From assembly GCA_013239625.1 (NCBI GenBank), contig MU053881.1:15864373-15928372 (forward strand): a stretch of 64,000 nt of DNA, written 5' to 3'. A program made the position numbers and the translations under genes. This DNA comes from Lama guanicoe. Taxonomy: Eukaryota. Under the pieces are notes generated by a model. That model did no database searches. It had not been told where the DNA came from and was given only the letters and a program-made list of their open reading frames with translations. Positions 24,288-41,295 of this stretch are shown here, one piece after another; within the stretch, counting starts at the first letter, position 1, and the number at the start of each line of letters is the position of its first letter.

Positions 24288-27285
24288 GGCAGGAGGAGGG
24301 GTCAGGGAGGGCTTCCTGGAGGAGGCGCTGTTTCTGCTGAAAGTGAAGTATTTGTTTATTGATGTGTCTGTTCCATCTGAAGTTGATGAGCACCCTCTGT
24401 GTGCCAATCAGGACTGAGAACTAGAGGGGTATGGGGCAGGGGGGTGGTTTATGTGCGCAATTCCTGTCCAGCTTGGAAGTTTACAACCTAGTGGGGGAGA
24501 CAAACCTGAAACAAAGACTCAAATTCTCAAATAAATACATAATAACAAACTGCCCAAGTTTGACTTCCTTTTGGAGGACAAAGGAAGGATGTCATGTGGA
24601 AATATAACAAGGAGACCTTGCTGAGATTTGGGGGTCAGGCGAAGCTTCCTCCAGGAAGTGGCTTTAAAGAGGGACTCCCCTCCAAGGACATGGAGGATTG
24701 GAGAGTGAAGGGTGAGGGAAAGGAAGGGTTTCCAGTCAGAGGACACAGCACAAAGTCTCTGAGGGCTTCAGAGAAAGAACAGCCAATTCAGGGAATAGTA
24801 AGTAATTCTAGGAGTGCAAAATCAGCAGGGATCATGTGTGGCAGCCCCCCAAATGCCACTTAATGAGTGCGGATGTCATCCTCAGAGTAGCTGGGAGCCA
24901 TGGAGGGTCCTGGAGCTGAGAGAGAGGTAGTTGAGTTTAAACTTTCCAATGAGCTGCCCAATAAACAGTGTGACAGTTTGTGGCTATTTTCAAACTTTCT
25001 CCCTTTTCTGCATTAAGAATTGAATTCTTTTTAAACCCCAACTTTAAAAAAATTAAATTTTGTTTTGTTTTGTTTTGGGGGTAGTAATTAGGTTTATTTA
25101 CTTATTTATTTTAATAGAGGTACTGGGGATTGAACCCAGGAGCTCATGCATGCTAAGCAAGTGCTCTACAACTGAGCTACACTCTCCCCCCAAATCCCAA
25201 CTTTTTACTATGAAAAATTTCAAAGATACCAAACAGTTAGGAGAAGCAGACAAGGAAACCCTTGGTCCTTGTTCACATTTTGCCATTTGCTGTATCTCCA
25301 CTAGTGGGGTGTTCAAGTGGAACCATTTATAAGTCAAAGTCAGTTGCAGACTTTGTGACATGCTACTGATTTCATCAATTTCATTACACAAGTGCCAAGT
25401 TTCTGATCTTGGACACCTTCATTTCCATCCATTATCAAAGTTCAGACACTTGTTCAACTCCCACTGTGACCTCTGCAGCAGGAGGTTTTTGGGTTTTTTT
25501 CCCCCAAACTGGCAATATTTCCCTCCCTGGGACGGAAAAGCCAGCTGCAAGGGCATCAGAGCCAAACACTGACCTTGTCTTAGGTACGGTCCTTTCAACA
25601 AAACATTTACCCAGGCAAGTACCTGAATAGAGAGTGAGCAAGTTCCCACCCTCTACCCACTCCCCAAACAAAGGTTGCCAGCTTTATATTTAACAGGATA
25701 CCCAGTTAGATGTAAATTTCACATAAACAAGGAATAATTTTTAGTCTTAGTTATGTCCCACATAGTTCAGGGACATACTTATAAAATATTATGTTTATAT
25801 GAAATTTAAGTTAATTCATACAATGTGTCCTTTTTTTTAAAAAAATTTTTGTAGGGGAGGTCATTAGGGTTACTTATTTATTTTTTAATGGAGGGACTGG
25901 GGACTGAACCCAGGACCTAGTATGCTAAGCTGGTGCTCTACCACGGAGCTATACCTTTCCCCCTGCATTTCTGTTTGCCAAGTCCAGCAACCTACTCCTG
26001 TGGGACTGGGAAAGTACTATGTGTTCTCTGCGTGGAGGCCTGGAAAAGGACCACCCAAGATCCCAGTGGGTGGAAATTAAGAACTGTGGGCTATCGGCCC
26101 AGTCTGGCAGGCTGCTTCATTCCACGATGACTGTGGGATTCTGGTCAAGATGGGAGATTTGCTCTGGGGACCCCTGGGGCTGTGGAGGGCTTCTCACTGG
26201 CTTCCTCTCATACAGGAAACAAAATAAAAAACTCCTTACCATGATCAAGGTTGTACTCCAATCTCTGTCCCATCCTAGGGCCTGTGCACCAGCTGTCCCC
26301 TCTGCCTGGGAAACCATTCCCCAGTTCACCACCCCCTCCCCCCCCACCTCATTCTGGAGATCTCAGCTCCAGGATTACCTCCTTAAAGAGGCCCTCTCTG
26401 ACCATGAGTCCTTTACTCAGCTTAATATTTCTTCATGGAATTTATCAGTATTTATTTATCCATCTCACATATATTCCCTGAGCATCTACTCTGTGCCCGA
26501 CACTGTTTCAGGCAGCAGGGACACCAGTGAATGAAGACTGTGCCCTCCCAAAGCTACATTCTATTGTGGGAGAAAGTGGCAAAAACAGGAGAAATAAACT
26601 ATGCAGTGTGTTGGACGCTGAGAGCCGAGCATTAGCAGAGAGAGAGGCGTTGTGATTTGAGGTTGGGTATCTGCAGCTTACAGGGTCTTAATCCGCAGAT
26701 GTCTGGGGAGAGTGCCCCACGCAGAGGGCATGGTCAGTGCAAAGGCCCTGAGGTGGAAGCATGTCTTGGGTATTGGAGGCACAGTGCGGAGGCTAGTGTG
26801 GCCCGGCCTGTCCTGGTTCCTGGGCGTCTTCAGAGGCCGGCACGGGACAGTGGACACGTAAGGCGCTCAGTAAGTACTGAGAGGAACGATGCGGTGCTCC
26901 TTCACTTGAGGTCACGGACGAGGGTCCTACTGGACTGACCTACCTGTCCCGCAGGGACCTCGGTCGCCAGTTCTCCGTGGAGCGCCTGCCTGCGGTCGTC
27001 GTGCTCAAGCCGGGTGGGGATGTGCTCACGCTCGACGCAGCGGACGAGATCCGGCGCCTGGGCCCTGCCTGCTTCGCCAACTGGCAGGAGGCGGCTGAGG
27101 TGCTGGACCGCAACTTCCTGCAGCCAGAGGACCTGGACGACCCAGCGCCGCGGAGCCTCACTGAGCCACTGCGCCGTCGCAAGTATCGCGTGGACCCGGC
27201 TGCTCTAGGCGCGCGTGGCCGGGAGAGACGGGGCGGCCCCGGGCAGGAGGGCGGGGCAGAGGGCGGGGCAGAAGGGCTGTTCTGA
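23958..27285 (+). CDS. NXNL1: Nucleoredoxin-like 1 (RdCVFL, thioredoxin-fold, 218 aa)
   Basis: Exon 1 23958-24283 (MASLFSGRVLIRNNSDQDELDTEAELSRRLENRLVLLFFGAGSCPKC...) and exon 2 26955-27285 (DLGRQFSVERLPAVVVLKPGGDVLT...GLF*). GT-AG intron, 657 nt in frame, CxxC motif CPKC. Confidence 0.97.
25058..25191 (-). mobile_element. tRNA-Ala-derived SINE
   Basis: Reverse-strand copy in the NXNL1 intron. Confidence 0.85.
25845..25963 (-). mobile_element. tRNA-Ala-derived SINE
   Basis: Reverse-strand copy in the NXNL1 intron. Confidence 0.8.
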
Positions 27286-29114
27286 CCCCTGGAGGGGTAG
27301 ACTAGACTGGGGTTTCCGCGAAGAAAACCCCAGCAGAAGCTCTAGGGCAGGGCCGGGACGGACCCCGGCTGTTCTGAGGCTCAGAGGTGGGTAGTAGGGA
27401 GGGTCCTCTGAGTCCCCCCCCACCCCGGATGGGGCTGAAGCAGGGGCTGTAATAAGATAGGGGTTGGGAGAAGCATGGCAGGACCTGGGGGAGTCTGTTC
27501 TGATCCTTCCGCAGATGGAGGATGGAACCTAGGGCGGGGTCGTTGGCCGAGGTTTCTTTGTGAGACCCCCCACCCCAGGATCCGGCGGGCCCAGGGCGGT
27601 ACTGGTTCTCCAGAGGCGTATCTGAGCCTTCTGGGTCAGGGTGGTGAAGCAGGGAGAGCTTTTCAAGGGTATCTAGAAGTATTCCTAAAACTGGGGAAGG
27701 TGGGGCGGTTAATTGTTCCAAAATGGGAAAATGCAAACTAAAAGCGAATGATCGTGCTGAGAACTCTCAGCCGATTTACACGGGATGAATTTCAATATTT
27801 GGTGCCTGTGCGCTGGGTTCCGGACCTCCAGCGAGGGTAAGAGTCTCCCTGTCCCTGGTGAACCCCAGGGATTCTTGGGAGAGACAGCTGAATACATAAA
27901 TCAAAAACTCCGGTCTGTAGCCATATCCCGGCTGTGTGACTCTAGGACAGCCCCCGACCCCCTTACTAAGTCTCCTTCCTTTCCTCTGGAAAATGGAAAG
28001 GCAATATCCTACCTAGCAGTCCAGCCTTGGAGCCAGAGCTGGAGCTGGCTCTGCTCACGAACCTCTTCGCTTTGGCTCTGGCGCCGCCTGGCGGCAGGAT
28101 GGAGAGGCGTGTCCTTGGGGAGGGGCCAAACATGCAAATAAGATACAATCCATTCCTCCAGCTCCCGCAAAGGGTGCTAAAAGGGCGACGCATCTCGGGG
28201 GTTTGGGAGGCTCTAGAAGCGAAAGAATTGGACAAGTGCCTCATATCATGTTTACCCCTAATCCCCAATCTCCAGGTGAGGAAATTGAGGTAATTCCAAG
28301 TTGAGACTTTTTCTTACCTGTAAAACAGAAAATTCACTTTAACTTTGGTGATGATGGAAAAGCCTGGGTGTGTTGGGTCAATGCCTAGTGAATAGACGAG
28401 TAAATGAACTGATTCCTGTTATAGATGGGGAAGCCCAGAGAAGTTAAGGGACTTGCCCAAAGCCACACAGCAAAGGAGGAAGCCACCTGGGGCTGAAGGG
28501 TCACTCCATACTCTTCCCCAGGGTCATTTTGCCCAGCAGATACTGGGATGAGGGCTCAGGGCCCACAAACGTTTCCCAGAAGACCTCCAAAATTTTGAAA
28601 CCTGAAAATAAAATGACTCCAAAGTCGGAAAAGTGACCCAGAAGTTCAAAACCAGTGGGATCTATAACATTTCTGTGAAGTAATATAAAGCAGTGGGTGG
28701 GAGCTGGGCTGCCTATGCTTGCTATGTGATCTAGGGAGTCACTGACCCTTTCTGAGCTTTAGTTTCCTTATCTGCAAAGCCTAGGTAATGACTGTGCTTT
28801 CAGACCTGAATGCATTACGACAGGACTCTGCTTGCAAGAGGTCATGTCAACCTCATTGACTCTTATATTTTAGATCTAGCAGGAATGTGTTATCTTCGGA
28901 ATCATTTTCAGATTTGATATTTTCTATATTGCAAGAATTCCAGAGCGGGAGTACAAGGCGAGTCATTCACTCATGTGTGCAGCAGGCATTTATTGAGGGC
29001 CTCCTGTGTGCTGGGTGCAGTCTCAGACAGGAAGCGGACACAGCAGGTGATGTTTTGGGGTCCGGGAGCAGCATCCCCACACTCCCCACCGACCCTGAAG
29101 GGGGTCGCAGACAG

Positions 29115-30062
29115 CAGGAAACCACACACACTGCGTGCGGAGATACAAATTCTTCAGGAAAGCAAGAAGACAAACAACCCACTGGAAAATAAAGCAAGAT
29201 TGTGAACAGACATCTCTCCAAAGAAGATACACAAATGGCCAACAAGTGTATGAGAAGACAACCAACATCAGTGATTATGATGGAAATGTAAATCAAAACT
29301 GCAATGAAATACCACTTCACACCCTGTAGGACAGCTATCATAATAATTTTTGAAAAACAGAAAATAACAAGGTTGTCAAAGAAATGATGAAATTAAAGCA
29401 ATTAAAGCCCTGGTGCGCTATGCTACTGATGGGAATTTAAAATTGTGCAGCCGCTGTGGAAAACCCGCAGTTCCTCAATAAGTCAAATACAGAGTTACCA
29501 TATGACTCAGCCATCCTACTCCTAGGTATAGACCCAAAAGAAATGAAAACAGCGACTCAAGCAAACTGTCTGTGTATGTGCACAGCAGCGCTAGTCACAA
29601 TCTCCCAAAGGTGGAAACAATCAAAAGGCCCATCAACAGACAAATGGATAAACAAAATTTGGTCCATGCACACAACGGAATGCTGTTCAGCCATAAAGAG
29701 GAATGAAGCACTGATAACTTGCATGAACCTTGAAAACATCATGCTGAGTGAAAAAGTCCAAGCACCAAAAGCCACATATTATCTGCTTTCCTATATGTGA
29801 AATGTCCAGAAGAGATAAATCCATAGGCACAGATAGTTGATCAGCGGTTGCCAGGGGCTGGGGGAAGAGAATGGGGAGTGACTGCTAATGGAAATGGGAT
29901 CTTGCCTGGGGATGATGGAAATTCCAGAACTAGACAGAGGTGATGGTTTCACAACATTACATATGTACTAAATGCCACTGAACTGTTCACTTTAAAATGG
30001 TTACTTTTATGTTGTGCAAATTTCACCTCAATTTTTAAAACTTAAAAATAAATAAATAATAA
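29115..30062 (+). mobile_element. L1 (L1M-type) 3' fragment
   Basis: Degraded ORF2 C-terminus (ELPYDSAILLLGIDPKEMK...WINKIW), 3' UTR and A-rich tail. Confidence 0.85.
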
Positions 30063-30279
30063 CCCTCCCAAAAATGTGCCGTGGGAAGAACAAAGCCTAA
30101 CAGCGAAGGACGGGTGTGCGGAATGGGGAGGGGATCCAGGAGGGCCTCGCGGAGGAGGCGACATTTCTGCAAAGCCTTGAAGGAAGGTGAGAGGAGGGGA
30201 TATCACAGGCAGTTGTCAAGTCCGTGGGCAGAGACCAAGTATCAAAATGAATTATTTAAATATTCGTTCAACTTTCTTT

Positions 30280-30403
30280 ATTTTTTTTAAGAGGGGGTAG
30301 GTAATTAGATTTATGTACTTATTGTTAATGGAGGTACTGAGAATTGAACCCAGGACCGCATGCATGCTAAGCAGGCACTCTACCACTGAGCTATATCTTC
30401 CCC
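30280..30403 (-). mobile_element. tRNA-Ala-derived SINE
   Basis: Reverse-strand copy upstream of TMEM221. Confidence 0.85.
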
Positions 30404-30499
30404 ACTCAAGTTTCTTTTCTTAAAAAAATAAATAAATAAGATAGGCGTTTAGGACAGCGGGAGGGGAAAGAGGGTCACTTTAATGCGTTTAGGGACCTG

Positions 30500-36277
<5,778 letters not shown>

Positions 36278-36623
36278 GCCCAAGGATCAGGGATAGAGAC
36301 CTGGTGTCCTTCCTGCTGTCAGTCAGCAGGAAAAGGACTCTTAGTAGAGATAGGTCCAGTAGCAGCACATATTGATTTCTTTCTCAGTTCACAGCATCCC
36401 TGACTTTTGTCCTCAAGGTTACCTCTTGGCACAAAATGGCTTCCAGAGCTCCAGCCTTCATCTCCTCACTCAGGGAAAAGTAGAGGCCAGGGCTGGCTCA
36501 GGAGCTTTTGAAAGTCTTCCTGGGAGGCCTTGGAACATCTCTGCCTATAGCTCACTGGCCAGAATAGAGTCATATGGCCCATGGAGACCACAGGGAGACT
36601 AGGAAATGTAGCTGTCCAGAATG

Positions 36624-36629
36624 AATAAA
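36624..36629 (+). terminator. Candidate poly(A) signal of TMEM221
   Basis: First AATAAA downstream of the stop codon (about 350 nt). Confidence 0.45.
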
Positions 36630-37192
36630 ATTCTGTTATAGGCAGGAGGGGAGGGGAAGGCTTAGGCAGCAGTTCTCTAAATATCTCCATCCATTTTACA
36701 GATGAGGAAACCGAGGCCCAGAGAGGGGCAGTGACTCACCAAGGGTCCCAAGGCCAGTACTGAGCATCAGATCCAGGATTCGAACCTGAGTCATGTAACC
36801 CCCATGCTGCCAATAGTGCCGGTCTCAGACTCTGCGAATCCTTCCCAGCTGTGAGTGTTTGAAACCTGTGTGTGCCGAGCTCAGAGCAGCCCAGGACCAC
36901 AGACACACCTGGAGGCCTGGACCCAGACTCCTGGCTGTGGGCCTGTGGCTGAAGGCTTCACTGCTCTGTGTCTCAGTTTCTTGGTCTGTAAAATGGGAAC
37001 AGAAGCCATTCCTCCTCCGAGGGCTCTCGTGAGATTCCATGTGAGCCATTCCAGGGACCTGTAAACAGGAGGTCCTCAATGCATGTCAACCTGTGCTTCT
37101 GTCTTCGGGGTGCCTAGTGGCAGGAAAAGGTGGGCCGAAGGCCAGTTTCTGGAACTCATGGTGAGGCAGGAAGCCCCATAAAAAACCCAGCA

Positions 37193-37760
37193 GGGAAGAC
37201 ATGGAAACAGCTTAAACGTCCATCAACAGGTGACTGGATGAAGAAGATGTGGTATATTTATACAATGGAATACTACTCAGCCATAAAAACCGACAACATA
37301 ATGCCATTTGCAGCAACATGGATGCTCCTGGAGTATGTCATTCTAAGTGAAGTAAGCCAGAAAGAGAAAGAAAAATACCATATGAGATCGCTCATATGTG
37401 GAATCTAAAAAAACCAACAACAACAACAACAAAACAAACAAACAAAGCATAAATATAGAACAGAAATAGATTCATAGACATAGAATACAGATTTGTGGTT
37501 GCCAAGGGGGTGGGGAATGGGAAGAAATAGACTGGGATTTCAAAATTGTAGAACAGATAAACAAGATTATACTGTATAGCACAGGGAAATATATACAAGA
37601 TCTTATGGTATCTCACAGAGAAAGGAATGTGACAATGAATATATATATGTTCATGTATAATTGAAAAATTGTGCTCTACACTGGAATTTGACACATTGTA
37701 AAATGATTATAAATCAATAAAAAATGTTAAAAAAACAAAAACAAAAACAAAAACAAAAAC
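37193..37760 (+). mobile_element. Relatively young 5'-truncated L1
   Basis: Open ORF2 end (KTWKQLKRPSTGDWMKKMWYIYTMEYYSAIK...SLICGI*), AATAAA, (CAAAAA)n tail, TSD AAAAAA(C/A)CCAGCA. Confidence 0.9.
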
Positions 37761-37801
37761 AAAAAAACCAGCACCAGGGGGGACAGCAGGGCCCCCACTC
37801 T

Positions 37802-38242
37802 TGTGCCGGCACCGTCCGGTTCCCTGGCCCAGAGGCTCTTTCTCACTTTTTGCCTCTGAAACAGCTTACTTACGCCTAAAATTCTATTGGTTCCCTGAGC
37901 TCACTTCTGATTGGTTGTTCCCTTCACTCCTGATTGGTTATTTCTCTCACTCCTATTTGGTCTATTCCTACAAAGCTTGTTCCTGGTTGGTCAACTTCTG
38001 TTATACTTTATTTGCATATGATGTTGCAAAGTGTAAACTGGCAGCCTATAAAGGCCTGTGTAAACCTACAGACGAGGTCTAGAGCTTGGCGTGTTAACTC
38101 TTCTGGGCCTGCCGGCGTAATAAACCTGAGTTCTCCAACTCTCCGAGTGCTGCTTGGTCTCTCGCCCGGATCCAGGTTGCTGTCACAACTGAGCTGTAAC
38201 ACTGAGCTATAACACCGAGCTGTAACACATTTTTCCGCAACA
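37802..38242 (+). mobile_element. Solo LTR with CCAAT array and tandem U5 repeats
   Basis: TG...CA; several ATTGG boxes, ATTTGCAT at 38010, TATAAA at 38047, AATAAA at 38119, tandem GAGCT(G/A)TAACAC repeats; TSD not evident. Confidence 0.75.
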
Positions 38243-39329
38243 ATGGAACTGAAGGGGCTTGGAGTGGGTAACTCAGAGCCCCAGGGGTCTCCTGACCCCC
38301 CATTCTGTACAACCTGAAAATAAACTCCGTCTTACTCTCTCGATGTCATGTGAGCCATATCCAAAAGTGCTGTGTAGCCAAGTCCAGGCCCAGGATGAGG
38401 GGTGGAGTGACAGGAGCTGGGGTAGGAAAGGCAGGAGTTGGAGGCAGAGAATGTGCCCCTTGGGAGACTGCAGTCTGGGACCTGTGTCCCACAGATCTTC
38501 ATGCATATCAGTTTCACTGGGAGTGGGGATGGCCTGGCCCCCACCCCCACCCCAAATGGACCAATGTCCCCAGATATCTCCCAGCCTGCCCTTTCCTGGG
38601 CCACAAGGGGACTCAGGAGCAGAGGAGACTCAGCCACATAGTGGCTTGAAGCTCCCCAGGACCTGTCCCAACGGGCAGGGAAGTGACAGCACCCAGCAGG
38701 GAGGCTGGTCCCCAAGCCTGACCTTGGGCAGGGATCCTGATGACCAGACACACACAGACCCGGATGCCCACTGGCCTGGGCCACCTCCTTCCTAGGCCAG
38801 GAGGCTGCACAGACCACCCCCTCCACGTGGCACCTGTCATAGTGGTGTCCAGGAAGCATAGGTTCTTGGTGAGCATTATCAACGAAAAGGATAAAAAAGA
38901 ATGAAAGGCATGTTTTTATCACATGACTGGTACTGCAGGTACCTGACAGGCAATTTCTGGCCTTAGTTAATCCTTAGGACAACCCCCACTCACAGATGGG
39001 GAAACTGAGGCTCAAGAAGCAAGAACATTCCTGTGAGAGCACATGGCAGTGGTGATGGATGGAACCCCATAACCCTGTCACTTAGGACTCCAGGACAGAG
39101 CAGGTGCCTGGGAAACACCGGAGACTCCCATTTCTGAGAACTCTCTAGAATAGGAGAGGCCCTGGGAACTCTGAGGGTGGGCAAGAGAACTGAGGAGGAA
39201 GGACCCTGGCAGGCTGTGGGCAAGGAGTGCCTCTTCTCCTGAACTGGTCCGGGGAATTAGGAACTGGATCTCCAGGCCCCATCCCCAGGGCCAGGACTAG
39301 GGTGGGGATGCAAAATTGTAAGAGGCCCA

Positions 39330-39840
39330 AAAGAATTGAAAACAAGTGTTCAAACAAATCTTTGGACATACATGTGCATAGCAGCACTAGTCACCATCAC
39401 CAAAAGGCAGAAACAACACAGGTATCCATCAATAGATGAACAAAATGTGATCCAGCCATAAATGGAATATTACTCAGCCATAAAGAGGAATGAAGCCCTG
39501 ACACACACTACAGCATGGATAAAGCTCAAAAACATCAGGCTGACTGAAAGAAGCCAGACACAAAAGGCCACATAGTATCTGATCCCATTTATATGAAATG
39601 TCCAGAACAGGCAAATCTGTAGAGATATAAAGAGGATAAGTGGTTGCCAGGGGCTGGGGGAAGGGGAATGGGGAGTAACGGCTAACAGGGAAGAGGTCTC
39701 CTTTGGGGTGATGGGAAAGTTTTGGAACTAGACAGAGATGATGGTTGTACATCCTTCATGCACTAAATGCTACTGAATTGAACATTTAAAAATGGTGAAT
39801 TCCCTATTAGGTGAATTTCACCTCAACTTAAAAAAAACAC
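39330..39840 (+). mobile_element. L1 (L1MB-like) 3' fragment
   Basis: ORF2 end and 3' UTR signature. Confidence 0.75.
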
Positions 39841-40471
39841 ACAAAAAATTAAGGAGGTGCCCATTCTCAGGCTCCTTCAGGTACAGGAGCTTGAAATGAA
39901 CACCTCCTTAAATGTTGCACCCTGCGTGCTAGCTAGCCCCAACCCAGACTGATCCCTGCCCATCCTCCTGAGACCCAGAGCCCTGGAAACTGCAATATGG
40001 GAGACTGGCTGGAAGCACTGCCCACAGTCCCTGCTGAAACCTGCCGCCCTGGTCGGCACCACTCTGGAAGGGACGCCGAGCACCTTAATATCTTGGCAGA
40101 ATTCCTCCGAGGAGGGAAGAGGCTGGTTCTGGGCCTGGAGCCAAATGCTCTGGTTGCTCTGTGTCCTGGGCACCTGATGAAGGTCTGGCATTCTAGGAGC
40201 CAGCCGGGACAGACCTGGCTCGGGGAACAAACATGCGACCTGCACCTCAGTTTCTATTCTTATAAAAGAGGGCTGGTCCCCACTCCCACCCCACCATAGC
40301 AAAACTGCGAGGACCAAATCAGAAAAAGCATCAATGACTCCGTGAACTCCGCAAGTCTCACCAACACTAGCAGCTGTTGGCATTTTAAGCTTGGCGTCAT
40401 TAGAACCAAAGCCTGAGATGATTGCAGAGATGTGGTCCATTTATCTGGGAGGTGACCCCAGGAAGCCCCGG

Positions 40472-40490
40472 CGTCCTGCAGGGGGCGCCA
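40472..40490 (+). promoter_or_regulatory. CTCF-binding motif
   Basis: CGTCCTGCAGGGGGCGCCA closely matches the CTCF core consensus and lies in a locally CpG-retaining patch. Confidence 0.6.
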
Positions 40491-41180
40491 AAGAGCAGAC
40501 AGCGCCGCGCGTAACCCGGACTCCATCCCACTAAGGACCTTGCGGAGATGGCATAGAGCACACATAACTTGGTCCCCCACCAGGGGCGAGGGGGCTGTGG
40601 TATTGATCCTCTTATCACCATCAGGCATTAGCCGAGAGTGGCTCCCGTTGGGATTGACCCCTCACAATTTCGGCCTTTTCTATGCATCAGACACGTTCCT
40701 GTGGCCCCCAGGAGGCCACAGGAGGCCCCAGGCCGAGGCCGAGGCCGAGGCACAGGTATTTGCTGTGAGTTATCTTCATCACATAGAGATGTCTGTGGAG
40801 GGGAGGAAGGCACATAGCATCTGTTCCAGCTTCATGGCATTTTCACAACAGCAGGCCTAAGGAGGATATTGAAAGCACCTGACCGTGCTATTTTGTGGTT
40901 GAGAAGAGCTGTTGATTTTGGAATGCTTGCCATGTACCAAGGACCCTGCCTAACTCACACAAGTATCAACATTGTTGCCCCAGTACAACTGGTCTCTCTC
41001 CTTTACCTCTGCACCTGAAAACTTCTGAAAGTGGCAGATGTAGTCGGGGGTATGCTGTGATGATGACATTTAGAGCAGAAGGCCAGATGCTACCTTGAGG
41101 GAGACTGCTCAGAGCAACAAAGGGCCCATTTCCCCCAGAGAACACTTTATTAAAACACTTTTTTTAAAAAACTCTTCGTC

Positions 41181-41295
41181 AGGGAGGGAAATTGCTCAGT
41201 GGTAGAGTACAGGCTTAGCATGCATGAGGTCCTGGGTTCAATCCACAGTACCTTCATTAACTAAATAAATAAACCTCATTACTTCCTCCAAAAGA
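41181..41295 (+). mobile_element. tRNA-Ala-derived SINE
   Basis: GCTCAGTGGTAGAG...GGTCCTGGGTTCAATCC head and tail. Confidence 0.8.

Noticed and set aside
40678..40790. Possible C/D-box snoRNA on the minus strand (GTGATGA ... CTGA, flanked by CTATG/CATAG)
   Set aside because: The terminal stem is out of register for a canonical kink-turn, no host intron is evident and no rRNA guide was recognised. An Rfam/snoscan search would be needed.
39877..41150. Overlapping 100-190 aa ORFs / possible processed pseudogene between TMEM221 and MVB12A
   Set aside because: No recognisable protein similarity, no poly(A) tail with TSD and no consistent splice structure.
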